DNA of 63,890 nt, the filler included, from Hausera hauseri (Eukaryota), in assembly GCA_046269625.1 (NCBI GenBank). It is 11 parts of 11 records of this genome, joined end to end, with 100 filler letters (N's around TTAATTAATTAA, not from the genome) between each part and the next. Parts side by side here need not be neighbours in the genome. Positions count along the whole stretch, not along the records: positions 17,867 to 28,079 come from JBJURY010223298.1; positions 28,180 to 33,637 come from JBJURY010250514.1; positions 33,738 to 38,686 come from JBJURY010382258.1; 8 more parts are not named here. One strand, 5' to 3'. The translations under genes were made by a program, and so were the position numbers. Shown in pieces: positions 25,001-35,420 of the stretch (positions within the stretch are counted from its first letter, which is position 1; every line of letters begins with the position of its first letter). The notes under the pieces are model-generated. The model did no database searches and had not been told where the DNA came from. It saw only the letters and a list, made by a program, of their open reading frames with translations.

Positions 25001-27159
25001 AGGTCCCCTTCTTGTTCTTGGGCCAAGCAAGCTCCCGCTCCTACATTGGAGGCATCGACGAACAACATGAGCGGTGGTGCTTCAGGCTGTCGATTGGGAT
25101 ACACTAGCAAGGTGGGATTTACCAGTTCTTCCTTGAGTTGTTCAAAAGCTGTCTGACAGTCCTGAGTCCAACTCAAAGTTTTCTTACCCAAAATCTCAAA
25201 TAATGGCTTAGCTATTTCCGAACACCGTGGTATATGTCTACGATAAAAGTTTACCATGCCAAGGAATTGTCGTACTTTTCTAACCGTAGTAGGTATCGGG
25301 AATTCTTTAATTCCTTCGATACTCTTTTGTAGTGGGATCATTCCCCGTTCCGAAACCATGTGACCAAGGTATTGAACCTCTTTTCGTAGCAAGAAGGTTT
25401 TACTTGGTTTGATTTTAAAACCTGTATTTGAGAAAGCAATCAACACCTTTTCTAGGCTCCCCAGATGCTCCTCAAAAGTCTTGCTAATTATGAGGACGTC
25501 GTCAAGGTATACCATGACTTCCGTCCATGGGATGTGAGACAAAGCGTATCTCATACCCCGTTGAAAAGTGGCTGGTCCATTTTTCACCCCAAAGGGCATT
25601 CTTAGAAACTCCCAATGAGATATAGGAGTGGTGAAGGCAGTCAGTTCAATGCTGTCTTCCTCCATTTCAACCTGATAATATCCTTTGACAAGATCAAGGG
25701 TGGAAAAATATTTCACTCCTTGCAGGCTGAAAAGCATATCTATGAGATTTGGGATAGGGAAACTATCTCCCTTTGTAATTTTATTCAACTCCCTGTAATC
25801 TATACATAACCTCATAGACCCATCCTTTTTCTTTATTGGAACTACAGGAGCGGAGTATGGGGATTTACTCCGTCTGATGATCCCTTCGGCTTCTAACTTT
25901 TTACAATTCTCTTCAACCTCCTTTAATATGGGGCCTTGCAGTCTACGGACGGGTAGCTGCACTGGATCGGTGTGAGTGACCTCGATCCGATGTTTGATGA
26001 CTGACGTGCATCCTACGTCGCCATCGTGCAAACTTAGAGCGTCCGGATACTTCATCAGGAGAGAGCGAAGCTGATCTTTTTGCTCCCCCGTGATGTCCGA
26101 ATCGTCTAACCTGAAGTCAAAGTTAAGTTTGGCTTCAGTCCATCCGGATTGTTCAACATCATCGGGAGTCTCGGCCAACTCCACGACATTGGCCTGGGCA
26201 TCGACTGGATCTGCCCATTCGAGTGTCCCGATCTGCTGACCCTTTTTGACTTTCAAATACCTTGACCCCTCATTATAGGCCAAGATAAATGCTCTATCTC
26301 CCCTAATTTTTACTAGTCCGCTTGGGGAGATGAACTTGCAATTCTCATTGCTAACAAATAATGGTAAGGTTGAAGAATTTTCACCCGCAAACTTAGGAAT
26401 TTCTATTTCTACTATTTTCCCTGAATACGGGCCTAGCGAAATAGCTTCGCCTAAATAGCAATCAATATTATTTTCATTTACCTCGCGCCGCGTATCAAAT
26501 GCTACCGTTTGAACGACATTACCGATACGCTTTACTAATTCGCGTTCTCGGGAGTCGGGTAACAAATGCTCATTGCTAAGAATATCGAATCCCATAATTA
26601 CATCGTGATGAGTGAGCTCATCGGGAATAACGATAAACGTATGAGAGTTTAAGGTAAATGTTTTGGAAAAACCTAAGTTCAAATCAAGTGCCCCTATAAT
26701 CGGGTACTTTACCTTTCCAATACCGCTGATGCTACGATACATCGTCGGTTTAAGGGGAAAGATATCGCAATTCAATTGCTCATAGCAACGGCGGGTAATT
26801 AAGCTAACTGTAGCCCCCGTATCAACAAAAGCGACGTATGACGTTTGTGGCTGTTCCACTACATGCACTTTAATTAATAGTGCTTCTGGCGAGAGTGTCG
26901 ATAATCCCAACTCGATGTTAGGTTGGTCATCTAGCTCGTCGTCCAGAGCGTTCACTACGTCTTCTGTTTCTTTTTCTTCTTGCGGCTTGTCTTGAAACGG
27001 ATCAAGATCAGCTGCCGTCAAGAAGGGATCGACTCTTAAGAGGTCTTGGATTATGGGAATCCTCTCTTCAATGGAAGATGATGGAGAGCCATCCAGTACC
27101 TCTTTTTGGATCGCTTCCCCTGAGCCGAGGTCTTCTGACTCAGAAGCAGCTAGTTTCCC
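22012..27159 (-). CDS. pol: Pol (via -1 frameshift): protease, dUTPase-like spacer, RT, RNase H, OTU-like domain, integrase, acidic tail
   Basis: Uninterrupted 1732-codon frame containing FVDTGA, LCIDYRELN, MPFGVKNGPATFQR, YLDD (25498-25509), FVDAS, TDHKPL, DALSR, VPGGGDSLF...HYD, HHCC zinc motif, VDL/SDNG/MVER DDE triad and YLGPLEV. Confidence 0.97.
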   Translation of the reverse strand, partial: GKLAASESEDLGSGEAIQKEVLDGSPSSSIEERIPIIQDLLRVDPFLTAADLDPFQDKPQEEKETEDVVNALDDELDDQPNIELGLSTLSPEALLIKVHVVEQPQTSYVAFVDTGATVSLITRRCYEQLNCDIFPLKPTMYRSISGIGKVKYPIIGALDLNLGFSKTFTLNSHTFIVIPDELTHHDVIMGFDILSNEHLLPDSRERELVKRIGNVVQTVAFDTRREVNENNIDCYLGEAISLGPYSGKIVEIEIPKFAGENSSTLPLFVSNENCKFISPSGLVKIRGDRAFILAYNEGSRYLKVKKGQQIGTLEWADPVDAQANVVELAETPDDVEQSGWTEAKLNFDFRLDDSDITGEQKDQLRSLLMKYPDALSLHDGDVGCTSVIKHRIEVTHTDPVQLPVRRLQGPILKEVEENCKKLEAEGIIRRSKSPYSAPVVPIKKKDGSMRLCIDYRELNKITKGDSFPIPNLIDMLFSLQGVKYFSTLDLVKGYYQVEMEEDSIELTAFTTPISHWEFLRMPFGVKNGPATFQRGMRYALSHIPWTEVMVYLDDVLIISKTFEEHLGSLEKVLIAFSNTGFKIKPSKTFLLRKEVQYLGHMVSERGMIPLQKSIEGIKEFPIPTTVRKVRQFLGMVNFYRRHIPRCSEIAKPLFEILGKKTLSWTQDCQTAFEQLKEELVNPTLLVYPNRQPEAPPLMLFVDASNVGAGACLAQEQEGDLKPIAYISTTWSKAEVKYSTTEKEVAAIRWAIKSLKPFLYGIKVIIHTDHKPLIFLNSMSLVNQRVARTLEEINDIDYELRYIPGRQNIIADALSRSPVAAHETLPSPVEEGLPPGSFVHKVPGGGDSLFMCLALWRFGTTDKHLQLREEVIQELLDHKQKYGILSGKNHIGITKLLKLMKQEGQMPITEAIQAFATLYHTQVWVYYGSGEPLRFGPTTSEKLCRLLCLGGVHYDLLLGTTPDSVVIEPQDPYPHLEIEGNFVSFNLLDESLEERECSQGTEANLLNKELDGSGGEELISKSVSETIEALCIRLEELAEEEIPFEGSLLSEETIRYAQSADKTIRKLFKCVKSPTRITGYLSRELKSFLRFKRDYRIYNDILNKTTAKGHVPYVVPFSLAVDVVIKCHLEYAHLGRNKLTALLDRHIWHPSLYKICHDVPTTCYLCQTSKLSNLLVVPPMFKIVTFGPFELTAVDLMQMPISRLGNKYILVFVDHFSKWVSAVPLRNKQSVTVASALQRIILPMLPKLPERLLSDNGKEFLGSEFQNVLDKYNIKHVATTPYKPSSNGMVERVNRTLLQYLRVSLSKSTNWDIELPHILVTYNHTQHAQTLLTPCESIMEKAHKLSHELPVQNIESFWKPGHPLYNAFKVGDLVGMKKQFSGDLVSNKILPRYLGPLEVIEVNPNKVTYEIESRQDNRVYRVHHSQLKRWQIPPEYLKNHEEFNAKAMRDIRVDPEPTAPPVIEQIETRGYDTENRTSHANNLSIEADEEDFEGFSLDEETRASLVKIQNVLRIISQLTAVAIDVTSPAKTSTIFSDVNSNYINNRSRISVDSAHTGSPDLSTFLRNYNIKFPSILSSRKSPMEPTDSRRRVSFLEIVDLETFSIDSDEESIDSTQSLEWDFEGFPAVTEEEGDFEGFPDLIEGLENFPGNIPRTSGNSPIAVSPIITSGNPRLEQNVTDIDCDVVMDLRPFTRSRGRCEDIPNVQPRVLERKPRS
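27110..27159 (-). promoter_or_regulatory. -1 programmed ribosomal frameshift signal (G GGA AAC plus downstream stem-loop)
   Basis: Heptamer GGGAAAC (27153-27159) sits immediately before the gag TAG, and pol is in the -1 frame. About 5 nt later GCTTCTGAGT...GCTCAGggGAAGC can pair. Confidence 0.85.
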
Positions 27160-28002
27160 GATTTCTGGGTGCAATCCACCCCCAAATGTGCTCCTTTGCA
27201 AATGGGGCACTGGGGCACTTCGTCACGTCCCTTATTAGGACATTCAGGAGCTATGTGTCCTTTCTCCTCACAGATTATACACTTCCGCTGGGCCACATAG
27301 CAATCCTGATGGACGTGCCCACGCTTTCCGCAGAAATGACAAAGGGGGCGCTTGCGACACTGCCCCATGTGATGGCCACGCTGTTTGCAGTGGCCACACT
27401 TCTGCGGAGATTGGGCCTGCCTCCTAGGCGGTGTCCTAGGAGGCGAAGCCGGCGGCGCTCTAACCGCTTGTCGCTGAATCTCCCGCTGAGGTTTGGGACT
27501 CGGCGGGGGAGTTCGCTTCGGGCTCTGAGTCGGTTTGTATTGAACTCTTTGGTTCATATTTGTATTATTCTTATTATTGTTATTTTTACTATTATTATTA
27601 TTATATCTATTATTATTTCTTTTTGGGGACTTAGGAGGAGAAGGTGGAGCCGTTGACCTCCTATAATTAGTATTGTAGTAAACGCTTTCCTTGGGTCGAG
27701 CCCCACGCACGGCATCCGCATATGATCGGGACTCTCCCTCTCCAATATAAGCAGGCATCGGTGGTCGTTCCCACCTTTGCGGCTCAATTGGAGTAGGTAA
27801 CGCTTGATATGCCTCCGGGTGATAATTTACCGTTGGGTTGGGCTGACCCCAACGGTTTTGACAATGACAATGGTGCTGTGTGTTACCCCTTGTGGGTGCC
27901 ACCATTGTCAAGTCAATGATCTCAGGTACGGCCTGAGAACCATTGACGGAGGGCATATTAGCGTCGACCAGGGATACGAACTGTTCCCAGGTCATACGGG
28001 AC
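27150..28002 (-). CDS. gag: Gag, C-terminal part with Pro/Asn-rich linker and four zinc knuckles
   Basis: CGHCKQRGHHMGQC, CHFCGKRGHVHQDC, CIICEEKGHIAPEC and CPICKGAHLGVDC. Ends KSGN-TAG. Confidence 0.92.
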
Positions 28003-28198
28003 CCCATGGTGTACTCGTGGTTTCTACGAGCATTTTCCACATAGAACCTTACCGGCGTTGGGATACTAGCCAGGAACCTNNNNNNNNNNNNNNNNNNNNN
28101 NNNNNNNNNNNNNNNNNNNNNNNTTAATTAATTAANNNNNNNNNNNNNNNNNNNNNNNNNNNNNNNNNNNNNNNNNNNNCATTGTGAACATACGTATT

Positions 28199-28600
28199 TA
28201 CATGGTGTTGCCGAGAAACAGTTGTCCGACGACTCGTCCGAACAATTCCGCTAGTGAATACACTATAGATTGGAACAATCCTTTGGATTTATTTGCTGGA
28301 CAATAGAGGTTGCACTGACGGAATTTAACTTTCTCTACGCACCGGTGACATTGAAAGGCAGTATGAAAATAACGTACAACAAGACTTTTACTGAAACCAA
28401 AACACATTTTTGTCCTCTGACACTTACTAACAATAAAATAACAGTTGGAGAATCGGGCTTTTCCACGACCAAAGCTAATTACAGTATATTCGGCAAGATT
28501 GATGTTTTCATTTTAGATCAAAACTTACATTTTATGGCAGATTTTGAATTTACTGTCACTGTAGTACCTGAAATGTGGTTGCACTGGAGGGATTAGCAAA
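28199..28600 (+). pseudogene. Polinton/Maverick (adintovirus-like) minor capsid/penton N-terminal remnant
   Basis: YMVLPRNSCPTTRPNNSASEYTIDWNNPLDLFAGQ*, then after a frameshift EVALTEFNF. This matches the LPSN...N..S.Y...L.L.G.WEVAL.E signature. Confidence 0.7.
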
Positions 28601-29999
28601 CTGGTGAGAAGGTTTTTTCCTGGCGATTTCTCACTGATAATGGTCAAAAAATACAGATTATAGCACAGATAAAAATAAACGTTCTGTGAAATTTTACCGC
28701 ACTACCATAGCTTAAGAAGAGACAACCTAAGATAGACAGGATAATTGTTTCATCAAAATAAATCTCAATTATTCACACAATCCCAATCCATTTAACATTA
28801 ACAATTGATTGCAGATAATTTTTGAAGTTTAAAGAATAAAATTATTTTTGCAATGCGTTTGCTTTTACTCTACCCAATGTCGGTGTTATCGCTGGAACGA
28901 CATTGTTGTCACAAGTACCAGCGTCATTGTTGGCTTTAAGTCTCAGATTTTTATCATTTCAAAAATAGCTGTTATATCATTGACATAGTTCGGATGGTCT
29001 TGTTGACGCTGATGTGAACGGCATTATTCATGTTGGTTGAGATTTTCAGCAGATTTAGTTTTGACGATAATTTAACCCGTAAGAGGAATCAAAATTTAGA
29101 AAGTAATGTCAATACTGTTGACAATAATCCCCGAGAATGTCGAAATCAGTGTGGATATTACTGCGATAAAATTAGGCGTCAGCAGGCTTAGTGGATCCTA
29201 ATTGAACTTGTAACTTGGACCTTTCAAAAACAATATTGTTCATATTGAAAATTATAGTATCAATACTATAAAGTATTCGAATGAATTTTCATATGAAAGT
29301 ATTGCATTGTACCCTACAGAAATAAAAGACGTCAAAACGTTATCCGTGCATTCGGAGTTCATTCTGTATCTTGTCTTACTTCGTAGTCTGGGCAAAGATA
29401 CACATCAATTAGAAAATCATTTGAAAAGACAAAAGTTTATAATATGTAATTTTCTTGATAGAAAGCTGCAAATTAAATAGTACAATATTTGATTGTGTGC
29501 AAATCCCGACACACCTAAATGTAACCTCACCGACCGACTATCAGATGCACTCGCTGCTGTCGTCAATAAAGCCGAAACAACCGATTTTTCGGACTCGATC
29601 ATGTCTATTATTCTCCTGACACCGTGGGAGTATTTGAACCTCAGCGAATTCTAGGAAATCGTCAATAAGGATAATCCAATCGAGAGAACATGTCACATTT
29701 GGCAAAATCCGGCAGACGACTTGCCATCAGAGACATTCAGACATACGTTGGTGAGATTCATTTTGCTGATTTGAGCCCACCAGTGCGATCATTTTATCAC
29801 TACTCCCGGGGCGGCACGCTCAACCCTCTTCCTAGCCCAAGCGAATACCGCCCAATCCCCCGCGAACACAATCCTTTTCCTCATATTATCTCAAAGCAAT
29901 TTTTTTCTTAATAACTTTTTTCAATAGCCAGCATATAAAACCATAGTATCTACACTCAACGACACAGCACAGCTTTTATACAACTCTATCCTCCTTATT

Positions 30000-32900
30000 T
30001 AATACCTTAGATTTCTATCTCATATATCAAGGTCTTATTATACATCCTTCCGATTCCCTTTTACTGTTCATATGTCACCAATATTCGATCATCCATTTCA
30101 CGCTCCACTTCCGCCTTTGCTGTTGATGGGACGCAAATCCATCTTTCTCGGATTATAAATCTACAAATACATGCAATATCTATCGTTTACCAAACTCTCA
30201 ACAATCACGAGCTTTGATAAATCTACCTTGTGTGGAATTTTGCCTTGATAAAAACAATTCCATTAAACCATGGCTCCAATTCTACCAACAGTGATTAAAA
30301 TCTAACAACTTTACTGACTCTTTTGTGTGAGCCAACAATATTTTAATTCTTCTGCCTGCTAACGTTAAGCACCAGATCAGCAACATTTCCAAATTGCTTC
30401 AATACTCGACACCTGTACTCCATATCACGGATCCTTCTATAGACAATATTATATAAAAATATTTTAACGACCAGGCGATAGGAAACCAAAAGCCATCCGA
30501 TTTTCTCCAAACGGCTGTTTTGCACCTTAGCGCCTTAGGCGTAACACCTACAAATAACGCGGATTTAATTCGCGTTATTTCTTGTCATCTTTGCCCATCT
30601 CAATTAGAGCCTTGCTTACCACCGTCGACGAGACTACGGCTATTGAAAAACTGGCCATAATGGCTGATAAGTCCTTTGGAATCTTCCATACAACTAAATC
30701 TCCCCCAACTGCGGCTGCAACCACACATGCGCTAGCTACAGACGTAGCATTCCTCACTTAACAATGGCAAATGATTCAACACCAATTTGACACAATACAT
30801 CAGTCAATTTCGGCCATTACTACCCAACTGAACAATCTTAATGGGCCGCGGCGAAGCGAAGCCAGACCTTCAAGGGAGCGAAACACTTCAAGACACTCTA
30901 CGCGATCAATTTCATCTGGCGGACGCATGGCCTGCTTCTATCCTACGAGGTTTCGGAAGGATGCAAGGAAATGTTTTATGGGCAGCCGGTTCTACAGCGA
31001 ACCATACGCTGTGGACAACCCTATTTACATTTACCACAATAAGTTTCAGTCACAGGCCAGATCATGCGTGCTTGGTTGCAAATATTACCAAAATAAATCT
31101 CTTCCTTTGTCCTCCCCTTCTTTTTTTCCAAATCCTTCAAAAAACTAATAACGCTGCCAGATTACACGGCATATTCTGGTATAGGCACTACATCGCATTC
31201 CTCTGGCCGTCTTAATATGACCTCTGCTCTCTTTTTGTTAAAATCTGCAATCTTCTCTGACAATTCATCAAATATAGACTTTCTCATTGACTCTGGAGCA
31301 ACCTTTTCCCTTTCCTCCATCTTTCGCTCCAACGTCCAACAATTTTTCTTCGCCTCAACTCTTCACAGCCAGTGGGCAGCCTTTACGCATTGTTGGCACC
31401 ACAGAGCTAACTTGTACCTTCAATCACTTACCAGACATGTTTGTTTAGAAGTTCTTCATTGCTAACATAAATTCACCAATAATCGGCTCGAATTTCTTGA
31501 CGGCACACGATCTATTGGTAGATTGTAAATACGGCTGTCTGCTGCGCAAGAACTCAATTGCAAATCCAATTAAATGACTCACAGACAATCTAGCGAGCAA
31601 TGCATTGCACCCCTCTGTAAATATGTTGAACGGCTCGTCAACTATTGACAAAACTTTCGATAAAGTCCGTATTCCTTCAATTATGAATAACAATTACAAA
31701 CCTATTTTAAAACAAAAATCTAAATTGGGCATTGACAGTGGTAATGTCAGTTGCTTTACGTCAATTACTGCAACTGTTTCTTCCTATAACATGCCTCAAC
31801 TATTCTTATCTCTGGACTCCATTCTTAAATCATACATCACAACGTCTTGCTTTTGCATATTTAAAAGGGACATCAACTTCAAGCCTCCATCCTGAACTTA
31901 TCATCACATAGTAATAGAGCATCAGAGGCCTATCAAACAAAAAGTCAGACCCTTGTCTCCACACAGACGTAAAGCTATGGAACAGGAATTTAATGAACTT
32001 GAAAAGTCTGGCATCATTCGGAGATCAAATTTACCTTAGGTTTACCCTCTTCATGTTGTAGCAAAGAAAGATGGTACTTATAGGCCATGTGGAGACAATC
32101 GCCAATTAAACAACTTGACTATTACAGATGCTTATCCACTGCCACTAATTAGGGATATCCTTCATAGCCTCAATAACACCAATACCTATTCTACCATTGA
32201 CTTGCACAAGGCCTATCATCAAATTCCTGATGTACCTGATGACATTCCAAAAACTGCTGTCATCACACCATTTGGCCTTTATGAATACATCTTTATGCCT
32301 TTCGGCCTATGTAGTGCATCTCAGACCTTTCAATGCCACATTGACACCGTTCTCCCGGGTCTTGATTTTGCTCACCCATATTAGTCGCTTCCTGATCCAT
32401 CAAACAACATCATGAGAACCTTAGAATTATTTTCCACAGATTGCATAAAAAGAATCTGAAAATAAATTTCGCCAAATGCAATTTCTTCCAGAAACGCGTC
32501 AATTTCCTAGGCCATATAACTACTCCCGAAGGTCATTCGCCCCAGTGTGATCGCTTACAACAATTGAAAAATGTGACATTACAAAATACTACCACCAATA
32601 TGAGGAGTTTTCTAGAAACACTGCACTTCGTATACAAATACGTGCCACACTGCTCCGAACTAATGTCACCTTTTGCACACCTCTCATCGGGTAAAAAGCC
32701 AATTAGTCCACTAAACTCCCGATCTAGTAAACTATTTTGGTCGTTTTTGTGAAGGTCTGAAAACCGTTGAAATCTTGATTTTTCCAAAGCCAAACGCGGA
32801 ACTGATATTAACTACCGATGCCTCAACCACAGCCAATGGTGCAATATTACACCAAATATACAATGGTGTAGACGAGCCATTGGACTTCTATGCCTAAAAG

Positions 32901-33637
32901 CTCACGCAACCGGAAAGCCGATACTCAACGTTCGATTGGAACTCCTGGCCGTAGTTCTAGCGGTAAAGTATTTCAAGCATTTTCTTCTATTACGTCAATT
33001 TACCATCCAAACCGACCACAAGCCTCTACTTCATATAATGACGTTAAAATAGACATCACACAGACAAGAACGACAGATATCATACATGTCGACATTCAGT
33101 TTTTTCATAAAATATATTTAAGGCACTGAAAATTTAGTAACAGATTTTCTGTCGTGGTCTGTCAACTCAATTACAGTTCGGCCAATTTTCTCCTCTGAAG
33201 TCCTGAGAAGTAATCAGCCATCTTCTGATATTCTCCAAACTTTAAAATCGGTTGAGATCATCGATGGCATCGCCTACGACACATCCAACTAGACTAATAA
33301 AAAATCATTCTTGCTCCATCGCTACAAAAGACAGCTTTAACGTATTTTCACTCTTTATCACCCGGATTAAAAAGCCATATTTCGTCTACTGAAACGCCAC
33401 ATTATATGGCCAACTATGTGTACAGATGTACAAATCTGGGTTAAGAGATGTGCAGCACGCCAGCAATACAAGGTCCTCAAACACCTTATACCACCACTTT
33501 ACCACGTCCCTCGCACATTTTGTTTTGACACTGTTCATTTGGATCTTGTCGGTCCTTTACTATCCGATAACGGCTATCAATATATCTTATCCATGACGGA
33601 TCGCACTTCTTGCTGGCCTGAAGCCGTTCCGCTTCGA
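30000..33637 (+). pseudogene. Decayed Ty3/Gypsy gag-pol, same family as 1039-4309 and 54523-56063
   Basis: Gag remnant ending SKN* with slippery A AAA AAC (31139-31145). Pol motifs FLIDSGA, KKDGTYRPCGD, TPFGLYEYIFMPFGL, TDASTTA and VHLDLVGPL, with many stops and frameshifts. Confidence 0.9.
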
Positions 33638-33737
33638 NNNNNNNNNNNNNNNNNNNNNNNNNNNNNNNNNNNNNNNNNNNNTTAATTAATTAANNNNNNN
33701 NNNNNNNNNNNNNNNNNNNNNNNNNNNNNNNNNNNNN

Positions 33738-35420
33738 TATCCAGATATGACTAAGCCATTCATATTGGCAACGGATGCAAGTGATTATGGAGTAGGAGCG
33801 GTATTATCACAAAAAGATGAAGATGGTAGGGAACATCCAGTTGCTTATGCCTCGAGAAAATTAAATGAACATCAAATGAAATATGCAATTATTAAAAAAG
33901 AATTATTGTCGGTAATATTTGCATTAGAAGTATTCTCATCGTATATTAGTGAAAATAAACCGTTGGTAGTTAATACAGATCACCGACCACTGCAATGGTT
34001 AAAGAAACATGAAAACCCGAATAGTATATTACTACGATAGGCACTAAAACTCCAGCCATATACATTAGATTTCTAATATAACCAGGTACGCGAAATGCGA
34101 ACGCGGGTTATTTATCAAGATTACTACAGGAAAAAGGAAAAGGGGAAGTTGTAGCGGCAATGTGGCGCATGGATGGATCCATAAAAACACAAAGGAGAAC
34201 CAAAGGAAAGATGAAGAGATAAAAGCAATAAGGAGTTTTATTCAAAATAAAATAGTACCTAAGGATAGAGAATTAGCTCGTCACTTAACCAGATTTGGAG
34301 ATGCTTATGAAGAAAAGGACGGATTTTTGTATTATATTCACCAAATGGACCAACATTAATAATTCCAAAAAATAGAGTTGTATTATTAACTCAATACCAC
34401 GATGGATTACTAGGCGGTCACCAGTCGGAAAGAAAAACAATAAATAAGTTGAAAAGGAAATATTTCTGGCCAACTATAACTCAAGATATTCCAAACTGGT
34501 GTGATAGTTGTAAATTATGCGCTACTCGAAAGAATACCGGATCCAAATTTAAAGCTCCGCTAAAAGTTTGGGACAATCCCTTTGGTCCATTTGAATTTAC
34601 CGCAATGGACATAACCGGACCTTTACAACTAACAAGAAATGAAAACCGGTACATTCTCGTGTTTATAGATTACTTTATCCGATGGGTCGTTGCAGTGCCC
34701 ATGCCAGATATGAAAGCAGAAACGATAGCTGAAAAATTTGTAGAAAATATAATATTTAATTATGGAGCTCCTCAAATCCTGTTAACAGACCAAGCATCTA
34801 ACTTAACCGGTAATGTAATGCAAGCAATATACGATATTATGAAGATTTTAAAATTGCGGTCTACTCCGGGACATCCAAAGAACAATGGAATGGTGGAAAA
34901 ATACATAGGAGATCTGAAAGAAAAACTACAAACGGTAGTTAATGTATGACAGGACAACTGGGATAAGTATATTAATGCGTGTGTATTTGTAAATCGAACG
35001 TCTGTACATGAAGCTACCAAAGAAACACCTTTTTATATGATGTATTTAAGAGATGCTCGGTTACCAATTGATTTGGATTTCCACGTACGACCTATATCTC
35101 AGTTGATGGAAGTAGAAGAATAAAAACAATTAATGCAAGAACGCTTACAGCTAGCGTACAAGATAGTGAAGGACAATCAGAAAGAGTACAAATCGACGTA
35201 CAAGAAATATTATGATGAGAAAACTAAACAACCCAAGATTAAAGTTGGAGACAAAATGATGTTGTATATACCAATAAATAAGAAAGGTAAGACATCCAAG
35301 TTGGATAGACCGTATAAAGGACTGTATGAAGTAGAAAAAGTGGATTTACCTCATACATGTTGAAAGACGAATAATGGTAGAATTAAGGTACATGTCAAGA
35401 GGTGCAAAGCTGTGCCTAAG
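33738..35420 (+). pseudogene. pol: Decayed Gypsy RNase H-integrase (element F)
   Basis: PFILATDASDYGVGAVLSQ, TDHRPL, MDITGPL, LTDQASN, NNGMVEK and RPYKGLYEV. Confidence 0.92.

Larger units (their letters stand above)
17867..28079 (-). mobile_element. Complete, circularly permuted Ty3/Gypsy LTR retrotransposon (10,136-bp unit): LTR-PBS-gag-pol(OTU)-ORF3(SGNH)-PPT
   Basis: First 77 nt (17867-17943) are identical to the last 77 nt (28003-28079). Joining them restores one open gag. All three ORFs are intact. LTR, PBS and PPT are identifiable. Confidence 0.95.

Noticed and set aside
22045-27656. Plus-strand ORFs antisense to pol/gag (22498-23007, 23243-23521, 23939-24241, 27078-27656)
   Set aside because: Shadows of the minus-strand coding frame, with no recognisable domains and mostly non-ATG starts.
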